Sequence record: NZ_CP139428.1
Source of the DNA: a plasmid
DNA length: 64,000 nucleotides
Strand: one strand, 5' to 3'
This document shows positions 27,885 through 38,013 of the stretch, piece after piece. Position numbers and translations under genes: made by a program. The stretch's first letter is position 1, and every line of letters begins with the position of its first letter. A model generated the notes under the pieces. That model was not told where the DNA came from. It did not search any database and saw only the letters and a list, made by a program, of their open reading frames with translations.

Positions 27885-28274
27885 ATGTTTTCTGAACGTA
27901 TTTCAATTTTCTATCCGCTGAGTTGGGCAGTATTTCTTGGGTTAGGGGCGGTTTCGTTGGTATCCGATTCCCAAGAGCAGACCTTTTTGAATTGGCCTTT
28001 ATGGATTGGTCTATGCGTGTTGGGAGCTTTCCTCATTACGTTGTGGGTGCTGGTTTTCGAACCCAATGACACCTCACCTGGTCCTTATGCCTCTGGCTTG
28101 GTCATTTGCGTTGCCTGGATCTTGTGGCTCGTGATTTGGCTATTCGGAATGGCGGTGCAAGGGGGCGATTTCTGGCCACCTATGGAAGCGTTGCTATTGC
28201 TTAATGCGCTGACTGTCGGTCTCGCTTCGTTTTTCTTCCTGTATTTCTTGATCATTGAGGGTGGTGTCTTGTGA
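27885..28274 (+). CDS. Hypothetical polytopic membrane protein between traU and trbC
   Basis: Four hydrophobic segments. Confidence 0.4.
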   Translation: MFSERISIFYPLSWAVFLGLGAVSLVSDSQEQTFLNWPLWIGLCVLGAFLITLWVLVFEPNDTSPGPYASGLVICVAWILWLVIWLFGMAVQGGDFWPPMEALLLLNALTVGLASFFFLYFLIIEGGVL

Positions 28275-28303
28275 AGGAGATAAACAGCAACGAAGGTACC
28301 GCT

Positions 28304-28978
28304 ATGATTAAAAAGAATTTTTTTGCTCTGGTGCTGACGCTTTCAGCGTCTTGTATGGCAAGCAGTTGGGCTGCAGGCAGCGCTGCGCCTGCCGGCGAGG
28401 TGACGATTGCGCAGCAACAGGCGGCAGGCCTGGTGGACAGCAACCGGGCATGGCTGCGCGAGCAGGAAAAGCGCTCGGCTGACCTGCACCAAAACACCCC
28501 GGTGCCGGAGTTCCTGCGTAATCAACCGCCGCGTTCGCTGCCCCAGGACGACCAGTCCTTTATTGACCAACTGGCCGCGAAGCAGCGTCAGGATGCCGCC
28601 GAGCAACCGGCCGAGGGGGCGCTGTACTTCGTGTCCTTCGCTATTCCCGAAGAGGGCATGCGTCGCATGCTGCAAGAGGCGCGTCGATTCGGCATTCCGG
28701 CTACGTTGCGCGGCATGGTGAATGGCGACATGCGCGAAACGATGCAGCGGGTGCAAAAACTGGTGGAAGCCGGCGGCATCGACGGCGTGCAAATCGATCC
28801 GCAGCCCTACACACAGTACGACGTGACCGCCGTGCCGGAGTTGGTCGTGCGCTGCGCGGCCGGCTTCGATGTGGTGCGCGGCAACCTGCTGATGGCGCAG
28901 GCGCTGAAGAAGGTCGCCAAAGACGGCGACTGCGCCGCCACGGCTCAGGCATTACTGGATAAGGCCGGTGTGAAATGA
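28304..28978 (+). CDS. trbC: TrbC
   Basis: YFVSFAIPEEGMRRMLQEARRFGIPATLRGMVN ... GVQIDP matches F TrbC. Confidence 0.85.
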   Translation: MIKKNFFALVLTLSASCMASSWAAGSAAPAGEVTIAQQQAAGLVDSNRAWLREQEKRSADLHQNTPVPEFLRNQPPRSLPQDDQSFIDQLAAKQRQDAAEQPAEGALYFVSFAIPEEGMRRMLQEARRFGIPATLRGMVNGDMRETMQRVQKLVEAGGIDGVQIDPQPYTQYDVTAVPELVVRCAAGFDVVRGNLLMAQALKKVAKDGDCAATAQALLDKAGVK

Positions 28979-29123
28979 ATACCGAAGCGAAGCTCTACCT
29001 TCTTAAATTAGTTTTGGGACTTCTGACCTGGGGGTTTTTGATGTGGCATTTGCTCGATCTCAGTGATTTTTTCAGGGATTTAATGCCGAAAAAAAACAAT
29101 AAAAAAAGCGGGAGGAAGGACAA

Positions 29124-31028
29124 ATGACCCACCTGGTGAAGTCTCTGCCCGGTCTGCTGGCGACACATGCCCTGGTGCTGGGGACGTTTATCTTCGCCAC
29201 CGGCGATTGTCGGGCGGAAGGTGATGACGTGTTCCAGACGGGCAGCGAGTTTGCCAAACAGATCGCCGGTCAGGGCACGGGGACGCTGCAGAACACCAAC
29301 CCGGCCAACGTGCTGCCGAACTACACCGATAACCCGAAAGAAAAAGGCTATTACGGCGGCGTGACGGCCGGGGATGCCAACAATCTCAAGACAGACGGCG
29401 GCACGGCCTGGGGCCAGACCGAGGTCGGGCAGGCGGTGACTGATTCGGTGCTCAAGAACCCCAAGGAGCCGATTTCGCACGATGCGCCCTTTATCCAGGC
29501 CGGCAAGGAGATTGAAGGCAAGGCCGAGAGCATCGTCGGCAAGACCGGCCCGGACTGCAAGGCCGAACAGGTGACGCGCAGTGAGTTCACCCGCCATGTG
29601 TGCGAGCGCGATACGGCGGTGATGCGCACCTGCGAGCGCGCCACCGACATCGGTGGCCACTATGAGACCCGCTATGAAGACCGTAACGCACACATCGATA
29701 AATCGATGATCCGTTGGTGGAAAGAGGGCAACCGCATTCACGGCATCTTTACCGCACCGTTTACCGGCAAGCTCACTACGGGGTCGATATACCTCGAGCT
29801 GCAGGACGATCTGCACAGTTATGGCGTGCCGCTGGCCTTTTCACTGCTGGGGAATGACGTGCGCTATGGCCGTCAGGACTGGGGCAGCCGGCCGCTGAAC
29901 GTCGGTAACGTCACGCTCACGCAGGGGCAGCAGGTCGATATTTTCCTCACCATGGACCCCGGTGGCCATCTGGATACCTTTCTGGATGCGATGGTCAGGC
30001 AGTTGAGCGGTGGCGGGGGCGGCTCGCCGATGGTGTTCTACGTGAAGTTCGACGGCAGTTCGTCGGTGCAGGTCTGGGTGCCGACCACATCGACACCGGC
30101 CGACTGTCCACTGGCGCAGGAGGCCGGGGCGGTGAAGGTCAATACCGTTTGCAGTGAGCCGGGCGGCGAGAGAACCGTTACGGTCAACGGCCAGACCTAC
30201 CCGGTGTGGGCCAGCTGCTGGCGCTTTACCGACACCTATCGGCTGCAGGAGGCCGGCCAGGGCAGCTGCGAAGCCTATGCCAACAATCCGGCCTGCACTA
30301 TTGCCACGCACGGCTGTGCCTTCTCCGATGAGTATGGCCAGTGCCTGCACGAGAACGTGACCTACTCCTGCGAAACCCGCACCACCGGGAATGTGATGTT
30401 GTGCGGTGGCCAGATGTACTGCCTGGACGGGGAGTGCGACAAGGCGCAGAAGGGCACCCAGGGCAACGACTTTGCGCACGCCGTTTCCGAGCTGGCCGCG
30501 GTGGCGGCCGCCGGCAAGGACGTGGCGGCGCTGAACGGCATCGATGTGCGCGCCTTCACCGGTAAGGGACAGTCCTGCCGCAAGGCGTTTGCCGGTTTCA
30601 GCGACTGTTGCAAGGACTCCGGGTGGGGTAACAGCGTCGGGCTGGCGCACTGCGACAGCGAAGAGAAGGCGCTGGGCAAGGCGAAAGAGAACAAATTGAC
30701 CGTCAGCGTCGGCGAATACTGCAGCAAGAAAGTGCTGGGTGTCTGCCTGCAGAAGAAGCGCAGCTACTGCCAGTTCGACAGCAAGCTGGCGCAGATTGTT
30801 CAGCAGCAGGGGCGCGCGTGGCAGCTGGGTATCGGCTTTGGCGACGCAAAATCCCCCGACTGCCGGGGCATTACCGTAGACGAGCTGCAGCGCATCAACT
30901 TTGACCAGCTGGACTTTGCCAATTTCTATGAAGACCTGATGAAAAACCAGAAGGTGCCCGAAGACGCGGCACTGCTGGAGAAGGTTAAGCAGCAAATCGC
31001 ACAACGTATGCAGGAGGCAGCCAAGTGA
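29124..31028 (+). CDS. traN: TraN, Cys-rich outer-membrane mating-pair stabilisation protein
   Basis: 634 aa with a signal peptide, many paired cysteines in the C-terminal half, and the expected synteny. Confidence 0.85.
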   Translation: MTHLVKSLPGLLATHALVLGTFIFATGDCRAEGDDVFQTGSEFAKQIAGQGTGTLQNTNPANVLPNYTDNPKEKGYYGGVTAGDANNLKTDGGTAWGQTEVGQAVTDSVLKNPKEPISHDAPFIQAGKEIEGKAESIVGKTGPDCKAEQVTRSEFTRHVCERDTAVMRTCERATDIGGHYETRYEDRNAHIDKSMIRWWKEGNRIHGIFTAPFTGKLTTGSIYLELQDDLHSYGVPLAFSLLGNDVRYGRQDWGSRPLNVGNVTLTQGQQVDIFLTMDPGGHLDTFLDAMVRQLSGGGGGSPMVFYVKFDGSSSVQVWVPTTSTPADCPLAQEAGAVKVNTVCSEPGGERTVTVNGQTYPVWASCWRFTDTYRLQEAGQGSCEAYANNPACTIATHGCAFSDEYGQCLHENVTYSCETRTTGNVMLCGGQMYCLDGECDKAQKGTQGNDFAHAVSELAAVAAAGKDVAALNGIDVRAFTGKGQSCRKAFAGFSDCCKDSGWGNSVGLAHCDSEEKALGKAKENKLTVSVGEYCSKKVLGVCLQKKRSYCQFDSKLAQIVQQQGRAWQLGIGFGDAKSPDCRGITVDELQRINFDQLDFANFYEDLMKNQKVPEDAALLEKVKQQIAQRMQEAAK

Positions 31029-31819
31029 AAACGCGCGGGACTTCAAATGTCAATTTGGCGGCACGCGGGTTGGCCAACCGCAGGGCGGCAGCGCTGTTGG
31101 GCCTGAGCCTGCTTGGCGCGGCGTTCACCGCGCAGGCCGGCGGCTGGCAGTGGTATGAACGGGAGGCCAACCCCGCTGACGACGATATGCCACCGCAGGC
31201 TGTAGCCCCGGCCGCGCCGGCCGGCGCACTGCAAAAGTTGCAGCTGCTGCAGCAGTCGCTCAAGGAGCGGCTGGCAGACGCCATCCTGTACCCCAGCACG
31301 GAGAACTTCGTGAAGTTCTTCCAGATGCAGAACTACTTCACCCAGCAGGCGGGGCTGTTTGAGCGCTCTGCGCAGCGGGCGTTTCTGGCGCACCCGGAGC
31401 TGGACTACAACCTGAAGCACAGCCACTACAACGGCACGGTGAAAAGCCAGCTGGCCGCCGACTTTGCCGCGCAGCGCGAGGCCATCGGCAAAATGGCGCA
31501 GCAGTACGGGCTGATGCTGTTCTATCGCGGCGCGGAGCCGATCGACGGTCAGCTGGTGAGCGTGGTGAAGGGCTTTCGGGACAGCTACGGGCTGTCGGTG
31601 GTGCCGGTGACTATCGACGGGGTGGTCAACCCTGCGATGCCGGAGAGTCGGCGCGATGCGGGACAGTCACAACGGCTGGGCATCAGCCACTTCCCGGCAC
31701 TGGTGCTGGTTGACCCGCGCAGCGGCGCGGTCAAGCCGCTGGCCTATGGCTTTATCAGCCAGGACGATCTGGCCAAACAGTTCCTGAACGTCTTTACCGA
31801 CTTCAAACCCAATTATTAA
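31025..31819 (+). CDS. traF: TraF (thioredoxin-like, lacks CxxC)
   Basis: GWQWY ... ILYP ... NFVKFF ... NYFTQQAGLF ... AHPELDYNLKHSHYNGTV ... GFISQDDLAKQFLNV ... FKPN matches F TraF. Confidence 0.9.
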   Translation: MKTRGTSNVNLAARGLANRRAAALLGLSLLGAAFTAQAGGWQWYEREANPADDDMPPQAVAPAAPAGALQKLQLLQQSLKERLADAILYPSTENFVKFFQMQNYFTQQAGLFERSAQRAFLAHPELDYNLKHSHYNGTVKSQLAADFAAQREAIGKMAQQYGLMLFYRGAEPIDGQLVSVVKGFRDSYGLSVVPVTIDGVVNPAMPESRRDAGQSQRLGISHFPALVLVDPRSGAVKPLAYGFISQDDLAKQFLNVFTDFKPNY

Positions 31820-31830
31820 CGGAGCGTTGA

Positions 31831-32145
31831 ATGCGTAAATTTAAATTCCCTGACATCGACGCGACCGGCGGTTGGGTCGCGGCCTTCGGGATCTGGTTCC
31901 ATATTGTGGCCGGCCTGGTGCACCGGGCGCCGGACATGGCGGTGACGCTGGCCGAGTTTATCGCGCTCACCCTGACGGTGTTCGGCGGCTACAAAATCCT
32001 CGATGAGCTGGCGCGCGTCCCCAAACGGCAGCGTGAGGAGGCGGAAAAGCAGGCCTATATCGCGGCACATCGTGAACAGGCGCCGTCGCCGGCGACCACA
32101 GACGAACAGCACGGGGCCGGGGAGGTGCAGAATGCGGATCGTTAA
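31831..32145 (+). CDS. traQ: TraQ pilin chaperone
   Basis: FHIVAGLV ... AEFIALTL ... FGGYKILDE compared with F TraQ. Confidence 0.7.
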   Translation: MRKFKFPDIDATGGWVAAFGIWFHIVAGLVHRAPDMAVTLAEFIALTLTVFGGYKILDELARVPKRQREEAEKQAYIAAHREQAPSPATTDEQHGAGEVQNADR

Positions 32146-32671
32146 CATCGCCTGGCTGGCGCTGCTGTTAACCGGGCTGGCACACGGCTCCACAATTGAT
32201 GAGATAGCTGCGCTGCAGAAAAACGCCGGCGTCAATCTGGCGCAATCAGCGACGTCCGTCCCCGCTCCGCGGCCGGCGGCAGCGCCACGCTGGTTTACGC
32301 TCAGCAACGGCGCGCGCGTCAACCTCAATGACTGGAAGGTGGTGCTGTTTATGCAGGGGCATTGCCCGTACTGCCACCAGTTTGATCCGCTGCTGAAATC
32401 GCTGTCGGAGCGGGTCGGCTTTTCCGTGTTCGCCTACACCTTCGACGGCCAGGGCGATGCCACGTTTCCGGAGGCCATCCCGGCTCCGCCGGAGGTGATG
32501 CGCACCTTCTTCCCCGGCCTGCCGGTGGCGTCGCCGACAACGTTTTTGGTGAACGTCAATACGCTGGCGACCTACCCGATGATCCAGGGGGCCAGCGACG
32601 AGCGCGGCTTTATGGCGCGTCTGGATACCGTGTTACAGGAAGCGACGTTAAGAGGAGACCATCGTGAATAA
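32132..32671 (+). CDS. trbB: TrbB thioredoxin-like disulfide isomerase (CPYC)
   Basis: Signal peptide and a GHCPYC motif, with the expected synteny. Start ATG at 32132. Confidence 0.8.
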   Translation: MRIVNIAWLALLLTGLAHGSTIDEIAALQKNAGVNLAQSATSVPAPRPAAAPRWFTLSNGARVNLNDWKVVLFMQGHCPYCHQFDPLLKSLSERVGFSVFAYTFDGQGDATFPEAIPAPPEVMRTFFPGLPVASPTTFLVNVNTLATYPMIQGASDERGFMARLDTVLQEATLRGDHRE

Positions 32672-33077
32672 ATCAGGGCGTCACATCATTACTGTCGAGC
32701 AGGGCGCAGTGTCTCCCGAACAGCGTATTGCCAGCGCGCGTGCGGAATACAAGCGCGAGAGCGCGCGGCTTATGATTTTTCTTCATCTGATGGTGCTGTT
32801 TTTTGTGGCGGCCGTCGCACTCTGGATGGTCAGCCACTGGTGGTTTGGGCATGCATTTGTCAAAGAGTACGCTGCGGACACTCGTGAGTTTCATATGATG
32901 ACTATGTGGAACGTACTGATGTACTTCATGCCTGGCATGTTTGCCGCGCTGTCCGCCGGGTGCCTCGCGGTCGCACTGGTCTTTGAGAGTCTGGGGCTGT
33001 TTAGCCTTTATACCACCCTGCTGTGGCAAAAGTGCTGCATGTACCGCCAGTCTCGCCTGAACCGGGAGGATGCATGA
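32664..33077 (+). CDS. Hypothetical membrane protein at the trbJ/trbF position
   Basis: Synteny and hydrophobic segments. Confidence 0.4.
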   Translation: MNKSGRHIITVEQGAVSPEQRIASARAEYKRESARLMIFLHLMVLFFVAAVALWMVSHWWFGHAFVKEYAADTREFHMMTMWNVLMYFMPGMFAALSAGCLAVALVFESLGLFSLYTTLLWQKCCMYRQSRLNREDA

Positions 33078-34441
33078 AATTACGAGCCCTCTTTATCGGC
33101 CTGACGCTGGGGCTGGCGACCGTTGCACCGGCCGTGGCCGACATGAACAGTGACATGAACCAGTTTTTTGACAAGCTGGGGTTTGCGTCCAACACCACGG
33201 CACCGGCGGTCTGGCAGGGGCAGGCGGCCGGGTATATCTCGGGCGGGTCGATTTACGCCCGCACCGGCGTGAAGCAAATCCAGCTGATCTCGATGTCGTT
33301 GCCGGATATCAATGCCGGCTGCGGCGGCATCGATGCGTACCTGGGGGCATTCAGCTTTATCAACGGAGAGCAGCTGCAGCGCTTCACCAAACAGATCATG
33401 TCCAACGCTGCAGGCTACTTCTTCGATCTGGCTTTGCAGACCACCGTGCCGGAGCTGAAAGACGCCAAAGACTTCATCCAGAAAATGGCCAGCGATATCA
33501 ACAGCATGAACATGAGCAGCTGCCAGGCGGCGCAGGGCATTGTCGGCGGGCTGTTCCCGCGCACGCAGGTCTCTCAGCAGAAGGTCTGCCAGGACATTGC
33601 CGGCGAATCCAACATCTTTGCAGACTGGGCTGCCTCGCGGCAGGGCTGCACGGTGGGTGGCAAAGGTGACTCGGTGCGTGACCGGGCAGGAGAGAAGGAT
33701 AAGGAGCGTATCTCCAAGAACATCAACATCATGTGGGATGCGTTATCCAAAAACCGGATGTTCGACGGCAACAAGGAGTTGAAGGAGTTCGTGATGACGC
33801 TGACCGGCTCACTTGTGTTCGGCCCCAACGGCGAAATCACGCCGCTGCCGCCACGCACTACAGATCAGAGCATCATCAAGGCGCTGATGGAAGGAGGCGC
33901 GGCCCGCGTTTATCACTGCAACGACAGCGACAAGTGCCTGAAGGTGGTAGCCGACAGCACCACGACGATAAGTCCGGACAATGCCCTGAAAGGGCAAATC
34001 AAGAAGATGCTGCTGAGCATCGAGAGCAAGGCGCGCAACGACGAGCGGCTGACGGATGCGGAGAAAGGGCTGATTTCCAGCACGCATGTGCCGTTGCTGA
34101 CTTACCTGACCGACCCGCAAATGCTCGGCGTGTCAAGCGCAATGGTGCACCAACTGGCCGACTACGTGGGTTACGACATCCTGATGCAGTACCTGCAGGA
34201 GCTGATGGGCGGCGCGCGCGCCATGCTGGCGACCGGCAACTACCCGGAGGCTACCGTTGAGCAAATCAACAACAACTTCACGCAGGCCGGGCAGCTTATT
34301 TCCTCCCTGCAATCGCGCGTACAGGTGCAGACCGATGCCCTGCTGGTCGTCGAGCAGCAGATGCGTTACATGCGCCAGCAAGTGTCGGCACGCCTGCTGA
34401 CGCGTTACCAGAACAACTATCAGTTCGGGGAGGCGCAATAA
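33074..34441 (+). CDS. traH: TraH
   Basis: MNSDMNQFFDKLGFASNTTAP ... WQGQAAGYISGGS ... AGCGGIDAYLGAFSFIN matches F TraH. Confidence 0.9.
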   Translation: MKLRALFIGLTLGLATVAPAVADMNSDMNQFFDKLGFASNTTAPAVWQGQAAGYISGGSIYARTGVKQIQLISMSLPDINAGCGGIDAYLGAFSFINGEQLQRFTKQIMSNAAGYFFDLALQTTVPELKDAKDFIQKMASDINSMNMSSCQAAQGIVGGLFPRTQVSQQKVCQDIAGESNIFADWAASRQGCTVGGKGDSVRDRAGEKDKERISKNINIMWDALSKNRMFDGNKELKEFVMTLTGSLVFGPNGEITPLPPRTTDQSIIKALMEGGAARVYHCNDSDKCLKVVADSTTTISPDNALKGQIKKMLLSIESKARNDERLTDAEKGLISSTHVPLLTYLTDPQMLGVSSAMVHQLADYVGYDILMQYLQELMGGARAMLATGNYPEATVEQINNNFTQAGQLISSLQSRVQVQTDALLVVEQQMRYMRQQVSARLLTRYQNNYQFGEAQ

Positions 34442-34442
34442 C

Positions 34443-37274
34443 ATGACGGAAATCTATGTCATTGGCGGCTCGGAGTGGCTGGCGCAGAACCTTAACGCGG
34501 TCGCGGCCTTCATGCAGACCGATACCTGGGACTGGATACGGAATTTTGCGGTGGCCATCAGCGTGTTGGTGCTGGCTGCGCGGTATACCGCCCGCCGCGA
34601 TCTGATGGATATCCTGGGCTGGGTGTTTGTGCTGGTGTTCTCCTCGGCGTTGCTGACCAAGGCGCAGCCGGTGCAAATTATCGACCTGTCCAATCAGCGT
34701 TCGATTCAACGGGTGGCCAATGTACCGCTGGGGATTGTGCTGCCGGCAACCATCATCACCCGCATCGGTTACGCCATGGTACTGGGTTACGAAATGGTGT
34801 TCAGCCAGCCGGATGCGGTGACCTACAGCAAGACCGGCATGCTGTTCGGCTCCTCACTGGTGTCCCGAAGCACCGACTTCACCGCCCAGAACCCGGAGCT
34901 GGCCAACCTGTTTGCCGACTATGTACAGAACTGTGTGGTGGGCGACATGCTGCTCAATCACAAGTACAGCTTTGAGGAGCTGATGCATTCCGAAGATCCG
35001 TATGCGCTGATCTTCCGCCAGCCGAGTCCGCTTCGCGGTGTGTTCAACAAGGACGGCCGTTTCCAGACCTGTGAAGAAGCCGCGATGCCGCTGAAGAATA
35101 TGCTGGGCCTGGAAGCGAAAACCGGCAGTCCGACCTACAGCTATTATGCGCGGCGCATTCTTGGCGGTCGCCCGGATCGCGATCTGCTGTTCGGGCAGCT
35201 GCTGGGGAACAGCTACCAGTATTTTTACCAAAACCAAAAGACGGCCAGCGACATCATCAAGCAGAACATCGTCATGAACGGCCTGCGCAGCGGCATCATG
35301 AGCTACTCGGCGCGCAGCGGTGACACCGCGGGCATGCTCAACATCGCCAGCACGTCGGCCATCGAGAAGCAGCGTCTGTCCCAGGCGACGCTCGGGCAGG
35401 TGATGATGCGCTCCTTGCCGCTGCTGCAGGTCATCCTGATCGGCATGATGATGGGGATGTTCCCCATTCTGGTGGTGATCGGCATGGTTAACCAGGGCAA
35501 GGAAGTGGCCAAAGCCTACGTGTTCGGCTGGCTGTGGGTGATGAGCTGGCCGCTGTTGTACGCCATTCTCAACAGCGCGATGGCCTTTTACGGCCAGAAG
35601 GCCGGCTCGCCCGTGGTGCTGAGCAATCTGTCTACGGTGAAGCTGAACTACTCCGATCTGGCCAATACCGCCGGCTATATCTCCGGCATGATCCCGTTTA
35701 TCTCCTGGTATATCGCCAAAGGGCTGGGGCAGGGGCTGATGAGCGTCAGCCACAGCATGACCGGCGCCTACCAGAGTTCGGCGGCGTCGGCGGCGATGAG
35801 CGTGTCGGATGCCAACTACAGCTTCAACAACATGCAAACCGACAACGTGCAGGGAAACACCTGGGATACCAACAGCAGCGTGCGTGCCGGCCAGATGACC
35901 GCGCAACTGCCGACCGGTGGTACACAGACCCGCACGGGCGATGGCAGCAGCGTCTGGGATGCGAGCGGCGCGATGTCCAAACTGCCGGTAGATATCGGCG
36001 TGACGAAGCAGATTGCGACCGCGCAGCAGGAAATGGCGCGGGAAGCCGAGACCCAGGCGCAGACATCCATGCAGGGCTTCAACAGCAATATCAGCAGCGC
36101 CTGGACGCAACTGTCGCAGTTTACCGGCCAACGTGGCAGCAGCGACAGCATGACCCACGGTGCCGACACGGCGCAAAACAGCCAGTCCAGCATCGCGGCG
36201 CACAAAATGGCGAGCGCGGTGGAAAGTTATGCCAAGGCCAACAATGTCAGCAAAGAGCAGGCAACGCAGGAGTTGGCGTCGAGAGCCGTTACTGATACCG
36301 CGGGCTTTAATACGCGAGCTGGTGTTTCCGCAAGTGGTGGATTGAAAGTGTTGGGGAATGGTGTAACGGCAGAAGGATATATGGGCGTAAGTTACGACAA
36401 AAGAGGGAGCGACACAGATTCTCATTCTGCTAGTAGCGGCACGCGTGGCAGTCAGGATGCGCGTCACGACCAGAGCGCCCAGGCCGCTGCTGACTTTAAG
36501 GAAGGGATGGACTACCTGACCAGCCAGCGCACCAGTCAGTCCGGCAGTCATACGGATAACAATGCGGACTCGCGCATTGATCAGCTTTCTTCGTCCTTGT
36601 CAGGCGCCAAGAGCAGCTACGAACAATACAGTAGTGCACATACCCGCAGCCAGGAGCTGTCACAGCAGGCTTCTCGTACCGAGAGTCTCAGTGGCGATAT
36701 GCGCGAGAACCTGAGCCAGCAGTTTGCGCAGTACGTGATGGACAAGGCACCAAACGATGCCGGCAACATTTTGACCGGTCAATCGCAGGACGCCGTTGCC
36801 GCGCGTCAGTCGCTGGCGCGTGATTTTGTGCGTGAACAGGTGGCGCCGCAGGTGGATGCACAATATCAGTCCAGCAGCGGTACGCTTGGCGCCGGCATGG
36901 GGTCTGTTGGTGGCGGAAGCTCCGGCCAGGATATTCAGGCTGATTATAACAATCACCAGAGCGCGATTGAAAAAAGAACAGCACAGGCCGGAATACGTAA
37001 TGATGTAGGGGCTCAGGTTAATGGTATGGTTGATAATAACCAAACAGCCCAACAAAAAATTCAGACAGATATTCATAGCCAACAGCAAAATGTTGAAGGG
37101 CAGAGAAACGAACTGCAGCAAAATCATTCATCAGCACGAACTGCACAAAATTTAAAATATAATCTTGAAAAAGAGAAGCAGGAAGGTATACCAGGTGCAA
37201 GTAGTCAAGATGAAATGATGGCACAGGCACAAGCCATGCAAGATAAATTCAATAAAGAGCGGGGTGGTAAATGA
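34443..37274 (+). CDS. traG: TraG (mating-pair stabilisation / entry-exclusion target)
   Basis: 943 aa, a polytopic N-terminus, N-terminal similarity to F TraG, and the expected synteny. Confidence 0.9.
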   Translation: MTEIYVIGGSEWLAQNLNAVAAFMQTDTWDWIRNFAVAISVLVLAARYTARRDLMDILGWVFVLVFSSALLTKAQPVQIIDLSNQRSIQRVANVPLGIVLPATIITRIGYAMVLGYEMVFSQPDAVTYSKTGMLFGSSLVSRSTDFTAQNPELANLFADYVQNCVVGDMLLNHKYSFEELMHSEDPYALIFRQPSPLRGVFNKDGRFQTCEEAAMPLKNMLGLEAKTGSPTYSYYARRILGGRPDRDLLFGQLLGNSYQYFYQNQKTASDIIKQNIVMNGLRSGIMSYSARSGDTAGMLNIASTSAIEKQRLSQATLGQVMMRSLPLLQVILIGMMMGMFPILVVIGMVNQGKEVAKAYVFGWLWVMSWPLLYAILNSAMAFYGQKAGSPVVLSNLSTVKLNYSDLANTAGYISGMIPFISWYIAKGLGQGLMSVSHSMTGAYQSSAASAAMSVSDANYSFNNMQTDNVQGNTWDTNSSVRAGQMTAQLPTGGTQTRTGDGSSVWDASGAMSKLPVDIGVTKQIATAQQEMAREAETQAQTSMQGFNSNISSAWTQLSQFTGQRGSSDSMTHGADTAQNSQSSIAAHKMASAVESYAKANNVSKEQATQELASRAVTDTAGFNTRAGVSASGGLKVLGNGVTAEGYMGVSYDKRGSDTDSHSASSGTRGSQDARHDQSAQAAADFKEGMDYLTSQRTSQSGSHTDNNADSRIDQLSSSLSGAKSSYEQYSSAHTRSQELSQQASRTESLSGDMRENLSQQFAQYVMDKAPNDAGNILTGQSQDAVAARQSLARDFVREQVAPQVDAQYQSSSGTLGAGMGSVGGGSSGQDIQADYNNHQSAIEKRTAQAGIRNDVGAQVNGMVDNNQTAQQKIQTDIHSQQQNVEGQRNELQQNHSSARTAQNLKYNLEKEKQEGIPGASSQDEMMAQAQAMQDKFNKERGGK

Positions 37275-37801
37275 TGGTTACTCATAAGATAATAAAAGAT
37301 GAGGCTGCACAGTTGAAAGAACTGATGGATGAACAACTTGAGATACCATCATTCTTTTCTTGTGTTAAACCTGCAATACTAATGGAAGTCTGGATGGTTT
37401 TATGCCCACTGGTTAGTTTCTTTTTGGCTGATCAAAGGGATTCGGAATTACTCATTGCAACAGGAATGAGTGCGTTTCTTGGTTTTTTAATATCAGTAAG
37501 CATTGTCAATGGACGGAGCTTGTATCTCTCACTACCAGTTCAATTGAGAGAGAGTTCGCAGGTGTTGGAGTTATTAAGTAAAAAAGTAAAAAGCTACGCG
37601 ATGGTATTTTTATTACTGGTGCTGATATTATCAGTTTTGGCGGCGAATAGTGCTTTAGGTTCTATGGCATATATCATACCGCTTATTTTCTTCACAGTAA
37701 TGATGGTGTTCATTTTTAATATGGATATTGGCCGCTATCGTCTTTCAGCATTTACCGCCGCTCTGGAGCTTATCAAATCCCGCAAACAGGGAGGTGAGTA
37801 A
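37271..37801 (+). CDS. traS: TraS-position entry-exclusion inner-membrane protein
   Basis: Low-GC, very hydrophobic 176-aa protein immediately after traG. Confidence 0.5.
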   Translation: MMVTHKIIKDEAAQLKELMDEQLEIPSFFSCVKPAILMEVWMVLCPLVSFFLADQRDSELLIATGMSAFLGFLISVSIVNGRSLYLSLPVQLRESSQVLELLSKKVKSYAMVFLLLVLILSVLAANSALGSMAYIIPLIFFTVMMVFIFNMDIGRYRLSAFTAALELIKSRKQGGE

Positions 37802-37803
37802 CG

Positions 37804-38013
37804 GTGGCTAAGATCTCTGCCAAAACGCATACCACCACCCTGCGACTCGATGACGGTACGTTTGGGCGCCTGCAGCGTATGGTGGCTGAGAACCCCCTCT
37901 ACAGCCCTTCTCATGTGATGCGCGGTGCCCTGCTGGCTCTCAGTCGATTAACCGACAGTGAACGTGAAGCCTGCATTCTGGCCGTAGCAAAGGGAGGTGT
38001 GGATGAGCTTTAA
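37804..38013 (+). CDS. Small ribbon-helix-helix-like DNA-binding protein directly upstream of traD (TrwA-like position)
   Basis: 69 aa. [18 protein letters not shown] looks like a beta-strand plus helix of the CopG/Arc type. Occupies the place where F has traT. Confidence 0.4.
   Translation: MAKISAKTHTTTLRLDDGTFGRLQRMVAENPLYSPSHVMRGALLALSRLTDSEREACILAVAKGGVDEL

Noticed and set aside
37804-38013. Possibility that the small gene before traD is a degraded traT
   Set aside because: TraT is a lipoprotein of about 244 aa with a lipobox. This ORF is 69 aa with no signal peptide and has RHH-like features, so it is not a TraT remnant.
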